64,000 bases of DNA from Alphaproteobacteria bacterium (GTDB lineage Bacteria; Pseudomonadota; Alphaproteobacteria; UBA828). This document shows, one piece after another, positions 31,423 to 41,096 of the stretch. The stretch's first letter is position 1; each line of letters begins with the position of its first letter. The stretch is taken from the NCBI GenBank assembly GCA_965214705.1, contig CBDCCI010000002.1:288001-352000 (forward strand). Reading direction: 5' to 3'. The position numbers and the translations under genes were made by a program. Below the pieces are notes generated by a model. That model worked only from the letters and a program-made list of their open reading frames with translations, did no database searches and was not told the origin of the DNA.

Positions 31423-31646
31423 GGGGCGTCTCCCTCTGGGTTTGGTCTGTCACGAAGACACGCCCATGCTCTTGCTCGCCGGCTTGGCGGTCGACGACCA
31501 TCGATCAACGAGGGAGAAACAGGATTCGACCCTGCGCCCAGACGCTGGAGCGAACGGCCACACTCAACTTACGCGCGGCAAGGAGATCACTCTGGGCACC
31601 CGGCGGCCGAGGCGCCCCGCCGCGGAACGCGGCTCAGTTCAAGAGA

Positions 31647-31731
31647 TGGCATTTCGCGTCGAACAATATGTTGAGCAGCGACGCGAAGGCCCCGGCAGCT
31701 CTGGCTGCAGGGGCCTAAACGCTCAACATAG
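31647..31731 (+). repeat. RIT inverted repeat, left (85 bp)
   Basis: Reverse complement of 36988-37072; contains TATGTTGAGC...GCTCAACATA. Confidence 0.92.
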
Positions 31732-31734
31732 AGT

Positions 31735-32736
31735 TCACGACCTCGGGGCGCTCAGAACCCTGAGTAGCTTGTCCTGTGCGCCGCTGAAGGCCCCTTTTCG
31801 GATCCTAGGGGGCACATTCGCGTTGAGTATCTTGAGCTTCTCCGCTGTGTTGCCCCGCAGGTAAAGCTCCGTGCTCGATATGTTTGTGTGCCCCAGCCAC
31901 ATCGAGACGTAAAGAACGTTCCAGTGCGTCGCTTCCAACGTGTGCATGGCGCAGGAGCGCCTCAAGACGTGGGGCGTGATGCGCTTGCTGTCGATGGACG
32001 GCATAACTGATTTCGCGGCGGCAGCATGCACATTAAGACGCTGGGCGAAGCCGTGGCGGCTTATCGGTTGCCCACGGGCGCTGAGAAAGAGGTGATTAAC
32101 GTGAACCTCGGGACGGATTACGAGCCAGTTCTGAAGAACGGACTGGGTTTCCTTCCAGAGAGGTAGGATCCGCTCGCGTCGCCCCTTGCCCATCACATGC
32201 ACCGTATCCAAGTGCGGGTGCGAGAGGCTATCAATCGTAAGCGACGTCAGTTCAGAGACGCGAAGCGCTGCGGTATAGGCGAGATGAAGCATCGCCCGGT
32301 CCCGCACACCGGAAGGTGTGCTGATGTCCGGTGCGTCGACAATCGCCTGGATTTCGTCGCGGTCGAGCCAGTGGGGTAGCGCTTTTTCGCTACGCTTCTC
32401 CGGAATGGCGTGCAACCGCCGAGAGAGTTCGAGACATGCGGGCTCTCTGTATTCGAGGTAACGAAAGAACGATTTGATTGCTGTTAGCCGGGCGTTCCTC
32501 GTGCGAGCCGTGTTTCCACGCTCTTTTTCCAGGTAGTCCAAGAAGTCGAGGATGAGCTCAATTGAGAGTTGCTCGAGTACGATGGAGCTCGGTTGAATGC
32601 CGAACCGACCGGCAGCGAACACAGTAAACAGCAGCAGACTGTCGGAGTAGCTGTCTATGGTATTCTGGCTGAGGTGCCGATCGCGTGGCAGGTGCTCGAG
32701 AACGAACGCCGTTACATGGGGAGCAATGTAAATCAT
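31735..32736 (-). CDS. RIT tyrosine recombinase C
   Basis: TRNARLTAIKSFFRY, ALRVSE, GKGRRER, HVLRRS, WLGH, ELY. Confidence 0.9.
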   Translation of the reverse strand: MIYIAPHVTAFVLEHLPRDRHLSQNTIDSYSDSLLLFTVFAAGRFGIQPSSIVLEQLSIELILDFLDYLEKERGNTARTRNARLTAIKSFFRYLEYREPACLELSRRLHAIPEKRSEKALPHWLDRDEIQAIVDAPDISTPSGVRDRAMLHLAYTAALRVSELTSLTIDSLSHPHLDTVHVMGKGRRERILPLWKETQSVLQNWLVIRPEVHVNHLFLSARGQPISRHGFAQRLNVHAAAAKSVMPSIDSKRITPHVLRRSCAMHTLEATHWNVLYVSMWLGHTNISSTELYLRGNTAEKLKILNANVPPRIRKGAFSGAQDKLLRVLSAPRS

Positions 32737-33498
32737 TGTTGCGTCCTCCCCGTCTGTACCCGCTCTGCCTTCTCGGCGATTCGCCGAAGCAGTGGCGGAG
32801 TTGCCTTGAGATACCAGTACGTATTGGCCAGGTTGGAGTGGCCGAGGTAGGTAGAGAGAGCCAGCATGTGCGTGCTTGAGTCTTCGTCACTGTCCAGGCT
32901 CTCCAGTACCCATACACAGTAGCTGTGCCGCAAATCGTGCAGCCGCGGTCCCGGCTCGCCCGGCTGTCCGCGCAGGCCCAACTGACGAAGAAGCCGCAAA
33001 AATGCACGTGTGGCGGTAGGACCAGCCGGCGGCTTGCCTGTTGCCAGAACAAACAGGTGCTCACCAGGCCCGCCAAGGCGTTTTCTGATCGCGACATACT
33101 CGTCTAGGGCGCGCCATGTGTCTTCGTGAAGCGGCAGGAGTCGGCTCTTGCGGAACTTCGATTCGCGGACGAGTAAGCCGTCTGAGGTGATGTCTGACAG
33201 CTGCAGAGCCAGTGCCTCCGACCTTCGTATGCCCGTCACCGCCATCAGCCCGAACAGGTAATGCCATGTATACGGCGCAATCGGGTCACGAGTGGGCAGG
33301 GACAGAGCAGCGTCCATCACCTGACGAACCTGGGCTCGCGTGAGCAAGTACGGTGACGGCCTGCTTGGGTTTCGCCGGCCCACGACGTCGCGAGGCGGCA
33401 CCTCGTGGCGTGCATCCTCCGCGTGTAGCGAGAGTGCGAAGTTTCGAGCGATCTGCAGCTTGAGCGAAGCCCTGTTCGGGGACGTTCCCTTGGAAGCC
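32733..33498 (-). pseudogene. RIT recombinase B, 3' part (split by IS110)
   Basis: TGIRRSE, SKFRKSR, RLHDLRHS, LSTYLGH, TYWYL; joins in frame DWA|SKG to 35223-35378. Confidence 0.88.
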
Positions 33499-33559
33499 AC
33501 CACCACTGCGGCGCAGCGGCTCAGTCGCTGAAGTAACTGGGGGTAGAGTCTTCGACTGG

Positions 33560-33781
33560 GGTTGAGTCTTCGACGGTTGAAGCGTGAAGTGGTAGCGGGT
33601 AGGGCAGACGAGGCCGTCCCTTCAGTGGCGTGCGAGGGCACCCGTTTGGAAGCTTGGCCCGAACCGTGATCGGCTTCTGTCACTGATGGCGCGGGTTCGC
33701 CCGTGACCTCGTTCAAGAGATTGAGACTTCGCCGCGGTTCCTCCCCACCCGCAACGTCAACGGAGTTTGGGAGGGCTCTCG
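33560..33781 (+). ncRNA. Putative IS110 bridge RNA (boundaries approximate)
   Basis: Non-coding left end contains TTGGAAGC (matches target flank 33490-33497) and TCAAGAG (matches element right end 35218-35224). Confidence 0.6.
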
Positions 33782-35206
33782 ATGGCGCGCAAGCGGAGAA
33801 GGAGGCAGCGCCTCAAGGTAGTGCACCCGAATTGCGCCGGGATCGACATCGGCAAGGACCGGCACTTCGTGGCGGTGGATCCGGAGCGAGCCGAGGAACC
33901 GGTGAGGGAGTTCGGCGCGTTCACGCGCGACCTGGATGCGATGGCCGAGTGGCTGAAGTCGTGCGGTGTGACGAAGGTGGCGATGGAGTCGACCTCGGTC
34001 TACTGGATCCCGGTTTACGAGGTCCTGGATCGAGCCGGCTTCGAGGTGATGCTTGTGCCGCCCCGGATGACGAAGCAGATCGGCGGGCGCAAGAGCGATG
34101 TGCTGGACTGCCAGTGGATCTGGCAGCTGATGTCCTACGGCCTTCTGCGCGGCGCCTTCCGGCCGGGCGACGCGATCTGCCCGTTGCGCTCCTTCATGCG
34201 CCAGGCGAAGCAGTTGATCGAGGACCGCTCTCGCTGCGTGCTGCATATGCAGAAGGCGCTGACCCAGATGAACGTGCGTCTGGACTCGGTGATCAGCGAT
34301 ATCATGGGGAAGACGGGTGAGCGCATCCTGCGGGCGATCATCGCCGGCGAGCGCGACCCCGGGCGGCTGGCGTCGCTTCGCGACAGGCGGATCAAGGCCA
34401 GCGCCGACACGATTGCCGCGAGCCTGGAGGGCACTTGGCGCGAGGAGCACCTGTTCGCGCTTGAGCAGGCGATGCAGCGCTACGACTTTCTGGAGCAGCA
34501 GATCGCGGACTGCGAGGCGCGGATCATGGCGGAGGTTGAGCACCTGACCCCGCCGGACGATCCGACGGATGAGGGTACGCCCGAGGACACTCCCAGTGTC
34601 GGATCATCGGGCACGGCGTCGAACGAGACCCCAAGCAGCAGCGGCAGGGCGCTCCGCGGGCAGGATAAGGCCATGGCTATGGCGCTGCATAAGATGATGG
34701 GGGTCGATCTCACCGCAATCCCCACCGTCGGCGTCAACACTGCCCTGGTGATCGCCGCCGAGATCGGTCCTGACTTCTCCGCCTTTCCCTCCGCACAGCA
34801 CTTCAGTTCCTGGCTGGGGCTGGCGCCTGGGACCAGGATCAGCGGCGGCAAACCGTTGCCGGGCCGGGGGCCCAAGGTGGTCAACCGCGTTGGCCAGGCA
34901 CTGCGCATGGCGGCCATGACCGCTCGCACCAGCCAAACCTTCATCGGCGCCAAGCACCGCAGCCGCCTCGCCCGGATGGACACCAGCGTAGCCGTTGTCG
35001 CCACCGCCCGAGAACTCGCCTGCCTGATCTACCTGATGGTGACCCGCGGCCAGCAATATGCCGAGAAGGGGATGGAGGTCTACGAGAGCCGACGCCTGGA
35101 CCGAAAGTTCTCTTCGCTCCGTCGACAGGCCAAGAAGCTCGGCTTCCAACTGGTCGAGATCGACGACGACAACAAAAACACAAATGCCTCTATGTCAACG
35201 GCTTAG
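33782..35206 (+). CDS. IS110-family DEDD recombinase
   Basis: AGIDIGK, VAMESTSVYW, RKSDVLDC, WLGLAPGTRISGG. Confidence 0.95.
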   Translation: MARKRRRRQRLKVVHPNCAGIDIGKDRHFVAVDPERAEEPVREFGAFTRDLDAMAEWLKSCGVTKVAMESTSVYWIPVYEVLDRAGFEVMLVPPRMTKQIGGRKSDVLDCQWIWQLMSYGLLRGAFRPGDAICPLRSFMRQAKQLIEDRSRCVLHMQKALTQMNVRLDSVISDIMGKTGERILRAIIAGERDPGRLASLRDRRIKASADTIAASLEGTWREEHLFALEQAMQRYDFLEQQIADCEARIMAEVEHLTPPDDPTDEGTPEDTPSVGSSGTASNETPSSSGRALRGQDKAMAMALHKMMGVDLTAIPTVGVNTALVIAAEIGPDFSAFPSAQHFSSWLGLAPGTRISGGKPLPGRGPKVVNRVGQALRMAAMTARTSQTFIGAKHRSRLARMDTSVAVVATARELACLIYLMVTRGQQYAEKGMEVYESRRLDRKFSSLRRQAKKLGFQLVEIDDDNKNTNASMSTA

Positions 35207-35222
35207 AGAGAAGTTACTCAAG

Positions 35223-35378
35223 AGCCCAGTCGATGATTCGGTCGCAGCGTGTCCATTCGTCCCCGAATGCCGTGGCGAACTCGGCGTACTCCCGCAGCAC
35301 CCGCTCGTTGTCCGCAAACTTGTAGCCAAGCTTCCTGTTCAGCTCGACGTAGCGTTCGACGTGGAGGATTAACGACAT
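35223..35378 (-). pseudogene. RIT recombinase B, 5' part
   Basis: MSLILHVERYVELNRKLGYKF...IIDWA; start overlaps the ritA end. Confidence 0.85.
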
Positions 35379-36940
35379 GCCTCATCTCCTCCAATCCAGG
35401 GTTGTGCAACGTGGAGAAGCATTTCGGTGTCCACCTTGGCGTAGATCGCCGTGGTCTCTCGGAACCGATGGCGAAGCACCGCCCCAACAACGTCCAGCGT
35501 GGCGCCAGAGCGCAGCAGGCTGGTCGCGGCGGAATGGCGAAAGACACGAACGCCCCCCGCGCCGGGGGGTTTGACCTCGGCGCGGTCGAGCGCATCGCGC
35601 GCGATTAGCGATACCATCTGGCCGTCCCGGAACGGTCGATGTGGCGCTCGCGTCCGGAGGAACACTTTCTCTTCGTCGACCCGGGGACGCGCGGTGAGGA
35701 TGTAGTCCAGCAACGCGTCACCGACATCCTGCGGAAGGGGCAGAGCGGCCTCGATTGCCGACTTGCTACGGACACGAAGAGAGGCGTTCTTCCAATCGAT
35801 GTCTGACAGTTTCAGATTCGAGACGTCCCGTGCCCGGAGGCCGAGCCTGCCAAGAAGGAGGACAATCGTACGATCACGTCTCCCTTTGCCTGTCGTTGTG
35901 TCGAACGATCCAATCACCCGTTCCATATCGTCGGGCGAGATGTATTTCGGCAATGTCGAGAGCCGCCAATGAGGAACTGTCGGGATTGCTTCGACCAGTT
36001 CTGCGGGGCATTCGCCCTTCGAGGCCAAGTAGCGGATGTACATGCGCACCGCTCCGACCAGATTCTTAGCGTAGGATGGCGAGACGTCCTTTAGGTGATG
36101 TAGGAGAGCACTTCTGATTACTTCAACATCGTATCCGCGCGGATTATCGCCGAGATTCGGCAGCACTCTGGAAAGGTTGTAAATGTGATTCTGAATCGCC
36201 TCGTCTCCGGTGCCGCGGTGTTGACGCAACCACTCTCGGTAGTCATCCAGCCCGTCGTTGGGCTCCTTCCTCGATGGCAACATCTTCGGAGCTAGACCCC
36301 GTTCAGCGAGGAACGTGATGAACGCCCGGGTCTGGTAAGGGACGCGAACAGCGGCACGATGTCCTCTGAATCCAAAGAAGACACCGGGCCGGGCACAATT
36401 GCAGTCGTGGCTGGAGAACCGGTCGAGCACGGACTTGTCGATGTCGGCCAGGGAGATGCGACAATGATGGAGCCAGAAGAGGAAGTGACGGCTCCCGCCG
36501 CGGCAATGTCTGATTGAGCTCGCCGAATGACCCTCCGCCTGCCGCTGCTCCAGGAAGGTGTTCAGCAGGCGGAGGTTGTCATCAATCTCTCCTGGAGTAG
36601 TTATCCGCCCGGTCTCCTCAAGAAACTGAACAAACGTGCGAAGACCGGATACAAAGTGAGGTACCTCCCGGTTGTGAAGCCGATTGAACTTGAACGGCGG
36701 CACCGGACAGGTGCACTCATGCTCAAGAAAGCGGTGCAGGATATCGTCGTCCACCGTGTCCAGAGAGGTACGGCTAAGCTTCAACCAAGCCAGAAAGTGT
36801 TCCGCGGGACCCAGATACCTGAGGATCTTGGCGTGGCCACGTCCCGCCTCAGACAGGTAGGCCGAAAACTGCGGGATGATGCCTGTGAACAGGGCCTGAT
36901 CCGTTCCAGAGCTGACGGTGCATCGGGTGTCTTGTGACAT
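35369..36940 (-). CDS. RIT tyrosine recombinase A (extended N-terminus)
   Basis: WRLSTLPKY, LGLRARD, VFRHSAAT, VLRH, TAIYAKVD...QPW. Confidence 0.9.
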   Translation of the reverse strand: MSQDTRCTVSSGTDQALFTGIIPQFSAYLSEAGRGHAKILRYLGPAEHFLAWLKLSRTSLDTVDDDILHRFLEHECTCPVPPFKFNRLHNREVPHFVSGLRTFVQFLEETGRITTPGEIDDNLRLLNTFLEQRQAEGHSASSIRHCRGGSRHFLFWLHHCRISLADIDKSVLDRFSSHDCNCARPGVFFGFRGHRAAVRVPYQTRAFITFLAERGLAPKMLPSRKEPNDGLDDYREWLRQHRGTGDEAIQNHIYNLSRVLPNLGDNPRGYDVEVIRSALLHHLKDVSPSYAKNLVGAVRMYIRYLASKGECPAELVEAIPTVPHWRLSTLPKYISPDDMERVIGSFDTTTGKGRRDRTIVLLLGRLGLRARDVSNLKLSDIDWKNASLRVRSKSAIEAALPLPQDVGDALLDYILTARPRVDEEKVFLRTRAPHRPFRDGQMVSLIARDALDRAEVKPPGAGGVRVFRHSAATSLLRSGATLDVVGAVLRHRFRETTAIYAKVDTEMLLHVAQPWIGGDEACR

Positions 36941-36987
36941 CGTGATGTCCTCCTTTCGTGACAACGCGAAAGAAGCACATCACAAGA

Positions 36988-37072
36988 CTATGTTGAGCGT
37001 TTAGGCCCCTGCAGCCAGAGCTGCCGGGGCCTTCGCGTCGCTGCTCAACATATTGTTCGACGCGAAATGCCA
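36988..37072 (-). repeat. RIT inverted repeat, right (85 bp)
   Basis: Reverse complement of 31647-31731. Confidence 0.92.
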
Positions 37073-37075
37073 CCT

Positions 37076-37169
37076 GTCGGAAGATCCCCGTGGCCCCGTT
37101 CGCGTGCACGAGCGCCATCGCGTCCGCGAGGTCGCCCGTCACCTGCTCGACACCCACCCGATGCTGTGA
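37076..37169 (+). pseudogene. 3' half of the split small gene
   Basis: SEDPRGPVRVHERHRVREVARHLLDTHPML* matches DEDPRGPVRIHERSQIRETVARRVLTHPLWP. Confidence 0.85.
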
Positions 37170-37395
37170 GCGGTGACGAACGACATCGGCGGTGTCTTCG
37201 GCGGCACCGGGAGCGGCTCGCTCTCAATCCCGTTGCCCGGCCCGCGGCCGGCACCGCGCCTCCCATCGCCTCGACGGTGGCGCACCGCTGGCAGGCAACA
37301 GAAACAAAATGGTCCGTTCGTCGTGATGTCCGAGGGTTCCACGCGTGCTCGCGCCAGCAACCCTGCGGGTCCTCCGGTCGCTCCGCTCCCTGCGG

Positions 37396-37724
37396 CCTGA
37401 CCCAAGGAAGTCTAAGGCGGGCCGTGAAGTTCGGCGACCGTGAAGATGGCTCACGTGTAATCGCCAACCGCCTCGTCTCGCAGCGCGCCGGCCCCTGACG
37501 CGGGGCCGCCGCGTCACGCTGCACCGCATCAAATCCATTCGCGGAACCATTCGTGGCGGCGCCTAGACGCCGGGCAGGCCCAAGCGGGCCCGCCCGGCCC
37601 GGCGCCGTAATGACCACTGGAATGGATTTGCTGCGGCGCACCGTTCCCACCGGCACCACGGCGCCATCTTCCGCACCATCGCCGAACTTCCGCACCACCC
37701 CGCCTAAGACTTCCCAGGGCCAGG
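37396..37724 (+). promoter_or_regulatory. Long imperfect hairpin upstream of DUF2493 (copy B, with ~212-nt apical insert)
   Basis: Stems GAAGATGGC/GCCATCTTC, GAAGTTCGGCGA/TCGCCGAACTTC, AGGCGGG/CCCGCCT, GGAAGTCT/AGACTTCC. Confidence 0.75.
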
Positions 37725-37807
37725 TGCTGCCTCTGCGCGCGCGTGAATCACAAAGGACATCACGACGGGGCACAGGGTCCCGGAGGTTGAACCAACAGGA
37801 GATCGTC

Positions 37808-38728
37808 ATGATCGACACCATCGACACCACCGCATCAGCTTCTTCCACTGCCACCGTCTGCGAGAGCATGGCCCTCTACGGCGCAGCGCCCGAGCGCGGC
37901 GAGCTCGACAGCAGGGTCGTCTGGGACGAGGACGATGCCATCGACGCGCTGAACGAAGCCATCCGCGTCATCGTCGACGGTATCACCGTAGACGGCACAC
38001 AGATGGCCGACGAGCGCGAGCCCCTGATGTGGGGTCTGACCAACATGCTGCACTCGCAGGTCACACGCCTCGACCGCGCCGTCGATCGCATCACGCCCGA
38101 GATGCGCGACCTTGAGAAGGCACAGGACGGTTCCGAGGTGAAGGCCTGGGAGTTGCAGACCATGACCGACCGTGCGCAGAGCCTCGGCGACCGGCGCGAC
38201 GCCTTCGAGAAGCTCCGCGACCTCGCCGCCGACGCCTACCGCGTCGAGACCGGCGACACCTGGCGCCCGCGCCATGGCTCGCACACGAGCCAGACCGGAC
38301 AGCTCACCTCCGCCGCCATCGACGCCCGTGATTTTCGGCGCGCATGCAAGGACCGCGAGACCCGCGCGCACCTGCCCGAGGGAACGCTGGTCGCCGTCAC
38401 CGGCGGCAAGACCGTCAGTGATGCCGACGCGGTCTGGAGCACGCTCGACATGGCGCGCGCGAAGTACGGCGACATGGTGCTGCTACATGGTGGCGGTCCC
38501 GGTGTCGAGAAGATCGCCGCGAGCTGGGCCGAGGCCAGAGGCGTCAACCAGGTCGTGTGCCGCCCCGACTGGAGCGCGCACGGCAAGGCCGCGCCCTTCC
38601 GCCGCAACGACGAGCTGCTCAACTTCCTGCCCAAGGGCGTCATCGCGTTTCCCGGCAGCGGCATCACCGGCAACCTCGTCGACAAAGCTCGCACGCTGGG
38701 CATACCGGTGATGACCGTGGCCGCGTGA
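37808..38728 (+). CDS. DUF2493 / YspA-related SLOG family protein
   Basis: Same length (306 aa) and motifs as 13196-14116; AGGAG RBS. Confidence 0.88.
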   Translation: MIDTIDTTASASSTATVCESMALYGAAPERGELDSRVVWDEDDAIDALNEAIRVIVDGITVDGTQMADEREPLMWGLTNMLHSQVTRLDRAVDRITPEMRDLEKAQDGSEVKAWELQTMTDRAQSLGDRRDAFEKLRDLAADAYRVETGDTWRPRHGSHTSQTGQLTSAAIDARDFRRACKDRETRAHLPEGTLVAVTGGKTVSDADAVWSTLDMARAKYGDMVLLHGGGPGVEKIAASWAEARGVNQVVCRPDWSAHGKAAPFRRNDELLNFLPKGVIAFPGSGITGNLVDKARTLGIPVMTVAA

Positions 38729-38751
38729 CGGCGACGCTTGCCTGTTCCGTT

Positions 38752-38796
38752 GGAGGCGGTTCTCGCTTCGGCGAGGATCGCCTCCACATTTTTTTC
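38752..38796 (+). terminator. Intrinsic terminator
   Basis: GGAGGCGGTTCTCGC-TTCG-GCGAGGATCGCCTCC followed by ACA and a T-tract. Confidence 0.75.
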
Positions 38797-39878
38797 GCCG
38801 TCCCCCCTCGCGCATCGCGGCGCGGCACTCCGTGCCGCCGCCGCGCGCGTTTCCTTCGTCAGCGCCTGCGGCAACTGCGCTCGCGCCTGGCTTGGCGCTA
38901 CGCGCCGGCGCCGCGCTCGCCGAACGCGAAGTGCTCTCCGGCCTGCCATCCGCAGCCGTCGCGTCTGGCTCGGCGCGTGCGCGCCATCGCCGGACGCTCG
39001 CCGCACCCTGGCGCCCACGACCGCCGCGCGCTGACCGACAGTGCCGACGACGACGAGCGCCTGCCTGCAAATCCCACACGTACCATGTGGATATCCTTGC
39101 CGCCGCACGACCGGAAGCGCGACTGCGCCGTGCCCCGGTCCGCTCCGTCGCCGCTGGCGACGTTCGCCGCGACACCTTGCCCGCACGATATGCCGCCTCG
39201 GCTGAAGCGCCGAGCGTCACCCCGCCCGACACTCGCCATGACGATGGTGATCGTTCAACCGTGCTGACCATGATCGTGTGCCCCCTCCAGTGCCCAATCC
39301 GGTCGCACCGCACACCGTCGTGTGCCCTGCGCGACCGCCCGGCCAACTGCCGCAGAAACTCCGGCATGCCTCGCTCAACAGGTTGGGCCCTGACCCCTTT
39401 TCTCACCCCCCCCTCAAGTCCCGGCTCTACGGCGGAGCCGCTTTAACTTTCACACCTGACGCAGCAGGCTGCCGGACGGGAAAAACGAGTAGAAGTGGTG
39501 AAAAGCGAATAGAAATAAGACCGGGGAATCGCGCAGAAGCTACAGAAAACATGCTCCCGACGTGCCGGAAAAGTGATACCAAGTTGGTATCCGCTCGTCC
39601 TCGTGGCAGATTCGCACGATATACCAATGCGTTGGAAGTCAGCTCCTCCTCTCGTTTCGGCTCTTCGCAGCCGTATCGAATTCGCTCTTTTCCGTTCAGC
39701 CACCACTTTGGTATCGGAGCCTGTTGCGTACTTCGGCAAGAACCGCAACATTCGTAGCGTCGAGAACGGGTATTGGTCGGCGCACCGATGGGACAGCGCG
39801 CATGGAAAGAGATCCCGAAAGCCGGCGCCGTTAAGCTCGCAACGACGGCGAATACGACGATGAAGGGCAACAGGAAAC

Positions 39879-40175
39879 ATGACAAGGACGCTGCAAAAGA
39901 ACATTCGAGTCCGTCCCGAGCAGTGGGAACGCCTCGAAGACGCCGCTCGAGAGCGCGACACGACCGCGAACCAGCTGCTCCTCGAACTTGCGATGGAAGC
40001 CCTGGACCGTCGCGAATGGCCGAAGACCGATCTCGAAATCCTCATGCTGCGCTCGTGCGTGTTCGCCGCCCAGGCCGCAGTGCGCGACATGATCGCGGCC
40101 GGCCGCAGCGATGAGATCGAGGAAATCGAGCGGGCCATCTCCGCAGTCGCCCCGGCCATGCCCGAGAACCTGTGA
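39879..40175 (+). CDS. Small ribbon-helix-helix-like protein
   Basis: Paralog of 12027-12392; AGGA RBS. Confidence 0.72.
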   Translation: MTRTLQKNIRVRPEQWERLEDAARERDTTANQLLLELAMEALDRREWPKTDLEILMLRSCVFAAQAAVRDMIAAGRSDEIEEIERAISAVAPAMPENL

Positions 40176-40292
40176 CCGCGGCTCCTGCGAGAGGGCGGCA
40201 GCTGCACGGCAACGAGGAGCATCAGGCCAATTCGAACTCCCGCCATACGAGAATCGCCCCCGGGCGATCACCTCCGTCACGGGCACGCGACC

Positions 40293-40573
40293 TCAGTTCC
40301 TGACATCGTGGAGCACGTCAAGCTGGGAGAAAACCACCCCAAGTTCCTTGCGGACCTTCCGCATCTCGACAAGCAGACCCCGGAACGTCTCACGCGTCTT
40401 CTCGTCGAATTCGGAATCCGCTTCGACATCCCGCTCAAGACCTTCAAGGTCCTGATCGATCATCCTCAACAAGCCCGCCCCCAGGTCCGGGTTCCCCGAC
40501 GCCACCAGTACGGAAAGGAAGCTGATCAACCGCCGATTGCACAGCACCTGCGCTCGCAATTCTTCCGTCATCA
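40293..40573 (-). CDS. Hypothetical helical protein
   Basis: AGGAGG upstream; protein-like composition. Confidence 0.55.
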
Positions 40574-40874
40574 TCACGAACCCCATCCTCCTTCTCACGC
40601 TCCCGACATGGGTACCGCGTCACCTTGTCCTCTGAAGCCAACGAGCGCCAGGGTCCGTGCGCCGGGTTTCCGTCCCTCAGCCGGCCGGCTCGCTACTCTG
40701 CCGAGGCCCGCGCCGGTATTCGACGCCCGGCACGAGACACCGTCGCGGGCATGAGCACCGCCGGGGCAACTCCTCCGCAGCCAGCATCCGACCGCATCAC
40801 AGGCGATCATATTTCGGTTGCGCGCCGACCTGCGGCGATGTAGCGTTACATGTAACTGCTGACGCGGGAACACC

Positions 40875-41096
40875 ATGCCGAGATCGGTAAACGAACGGGT
40901 CCGAAAGCGGCGAGAGGCGATGCGCCAGGCCGGGCTTCGACCCGTGCAGATGTGGGTACCGGACACCCGCAAGCCGGGTTTCGCGGAGGAATGCCGGCGC
41001 CAGGGCCAGGTCGCAGCCGACGCCGACCTCGCCGATCCGGATCTGCTTGAGGTCATGGACGCCGCCCTGGCGAGTGCCCACGAGTGGACGTCGTAA
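40875..41096 (+). CDS. MazE-like antitoxin (DUF3018)
   Basis: RVRKRREAMRQAGLRPVQMWVPDTRKPGFAEECRRQ; overlaps the toxin start. Confidence 0.9.
   Translation: MPRSVNERVRKRREAMRQAGLRPVQMWVPDTRKPGFAEECRRQGQVAADADLADPDLLEVMDAALASAHEWTS

Larger units (their letters stand above)
29028..31642 (-). mobile_element. Second, distinct integrase + IS91-family element
   Basis: Starts TTGAACTGAGCCGC (minus); subterminal GCGGCTCAGCTCAA, then a hairpin, then AATTCACTATG before TTG. Confidence 0.85.
33499..35226 (+). mobile_element. IS110-family element
   Basis: AGCC at both junctions (33495-33498 and 35223-35226); removal restores ritB; no long terminal IRs seen. Confidence 0.9.
29012..37075 (-). mobile_element. 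RIT (recombinase-in-trio) element with nested IS91-type and IS110 insertions
   Basis: Three tyrosine recombinases, 85-bp inverted repeats, CACCT present at both junctions (29007-29011 and 37071-37075). Confidence 0.85.

Noticed and set aside
33499-33716. N-terminus of the 327-aa ORF 32733-33716
   Set aside because: It lies in the IS110 non-coding end; the real ritB start is 35378.
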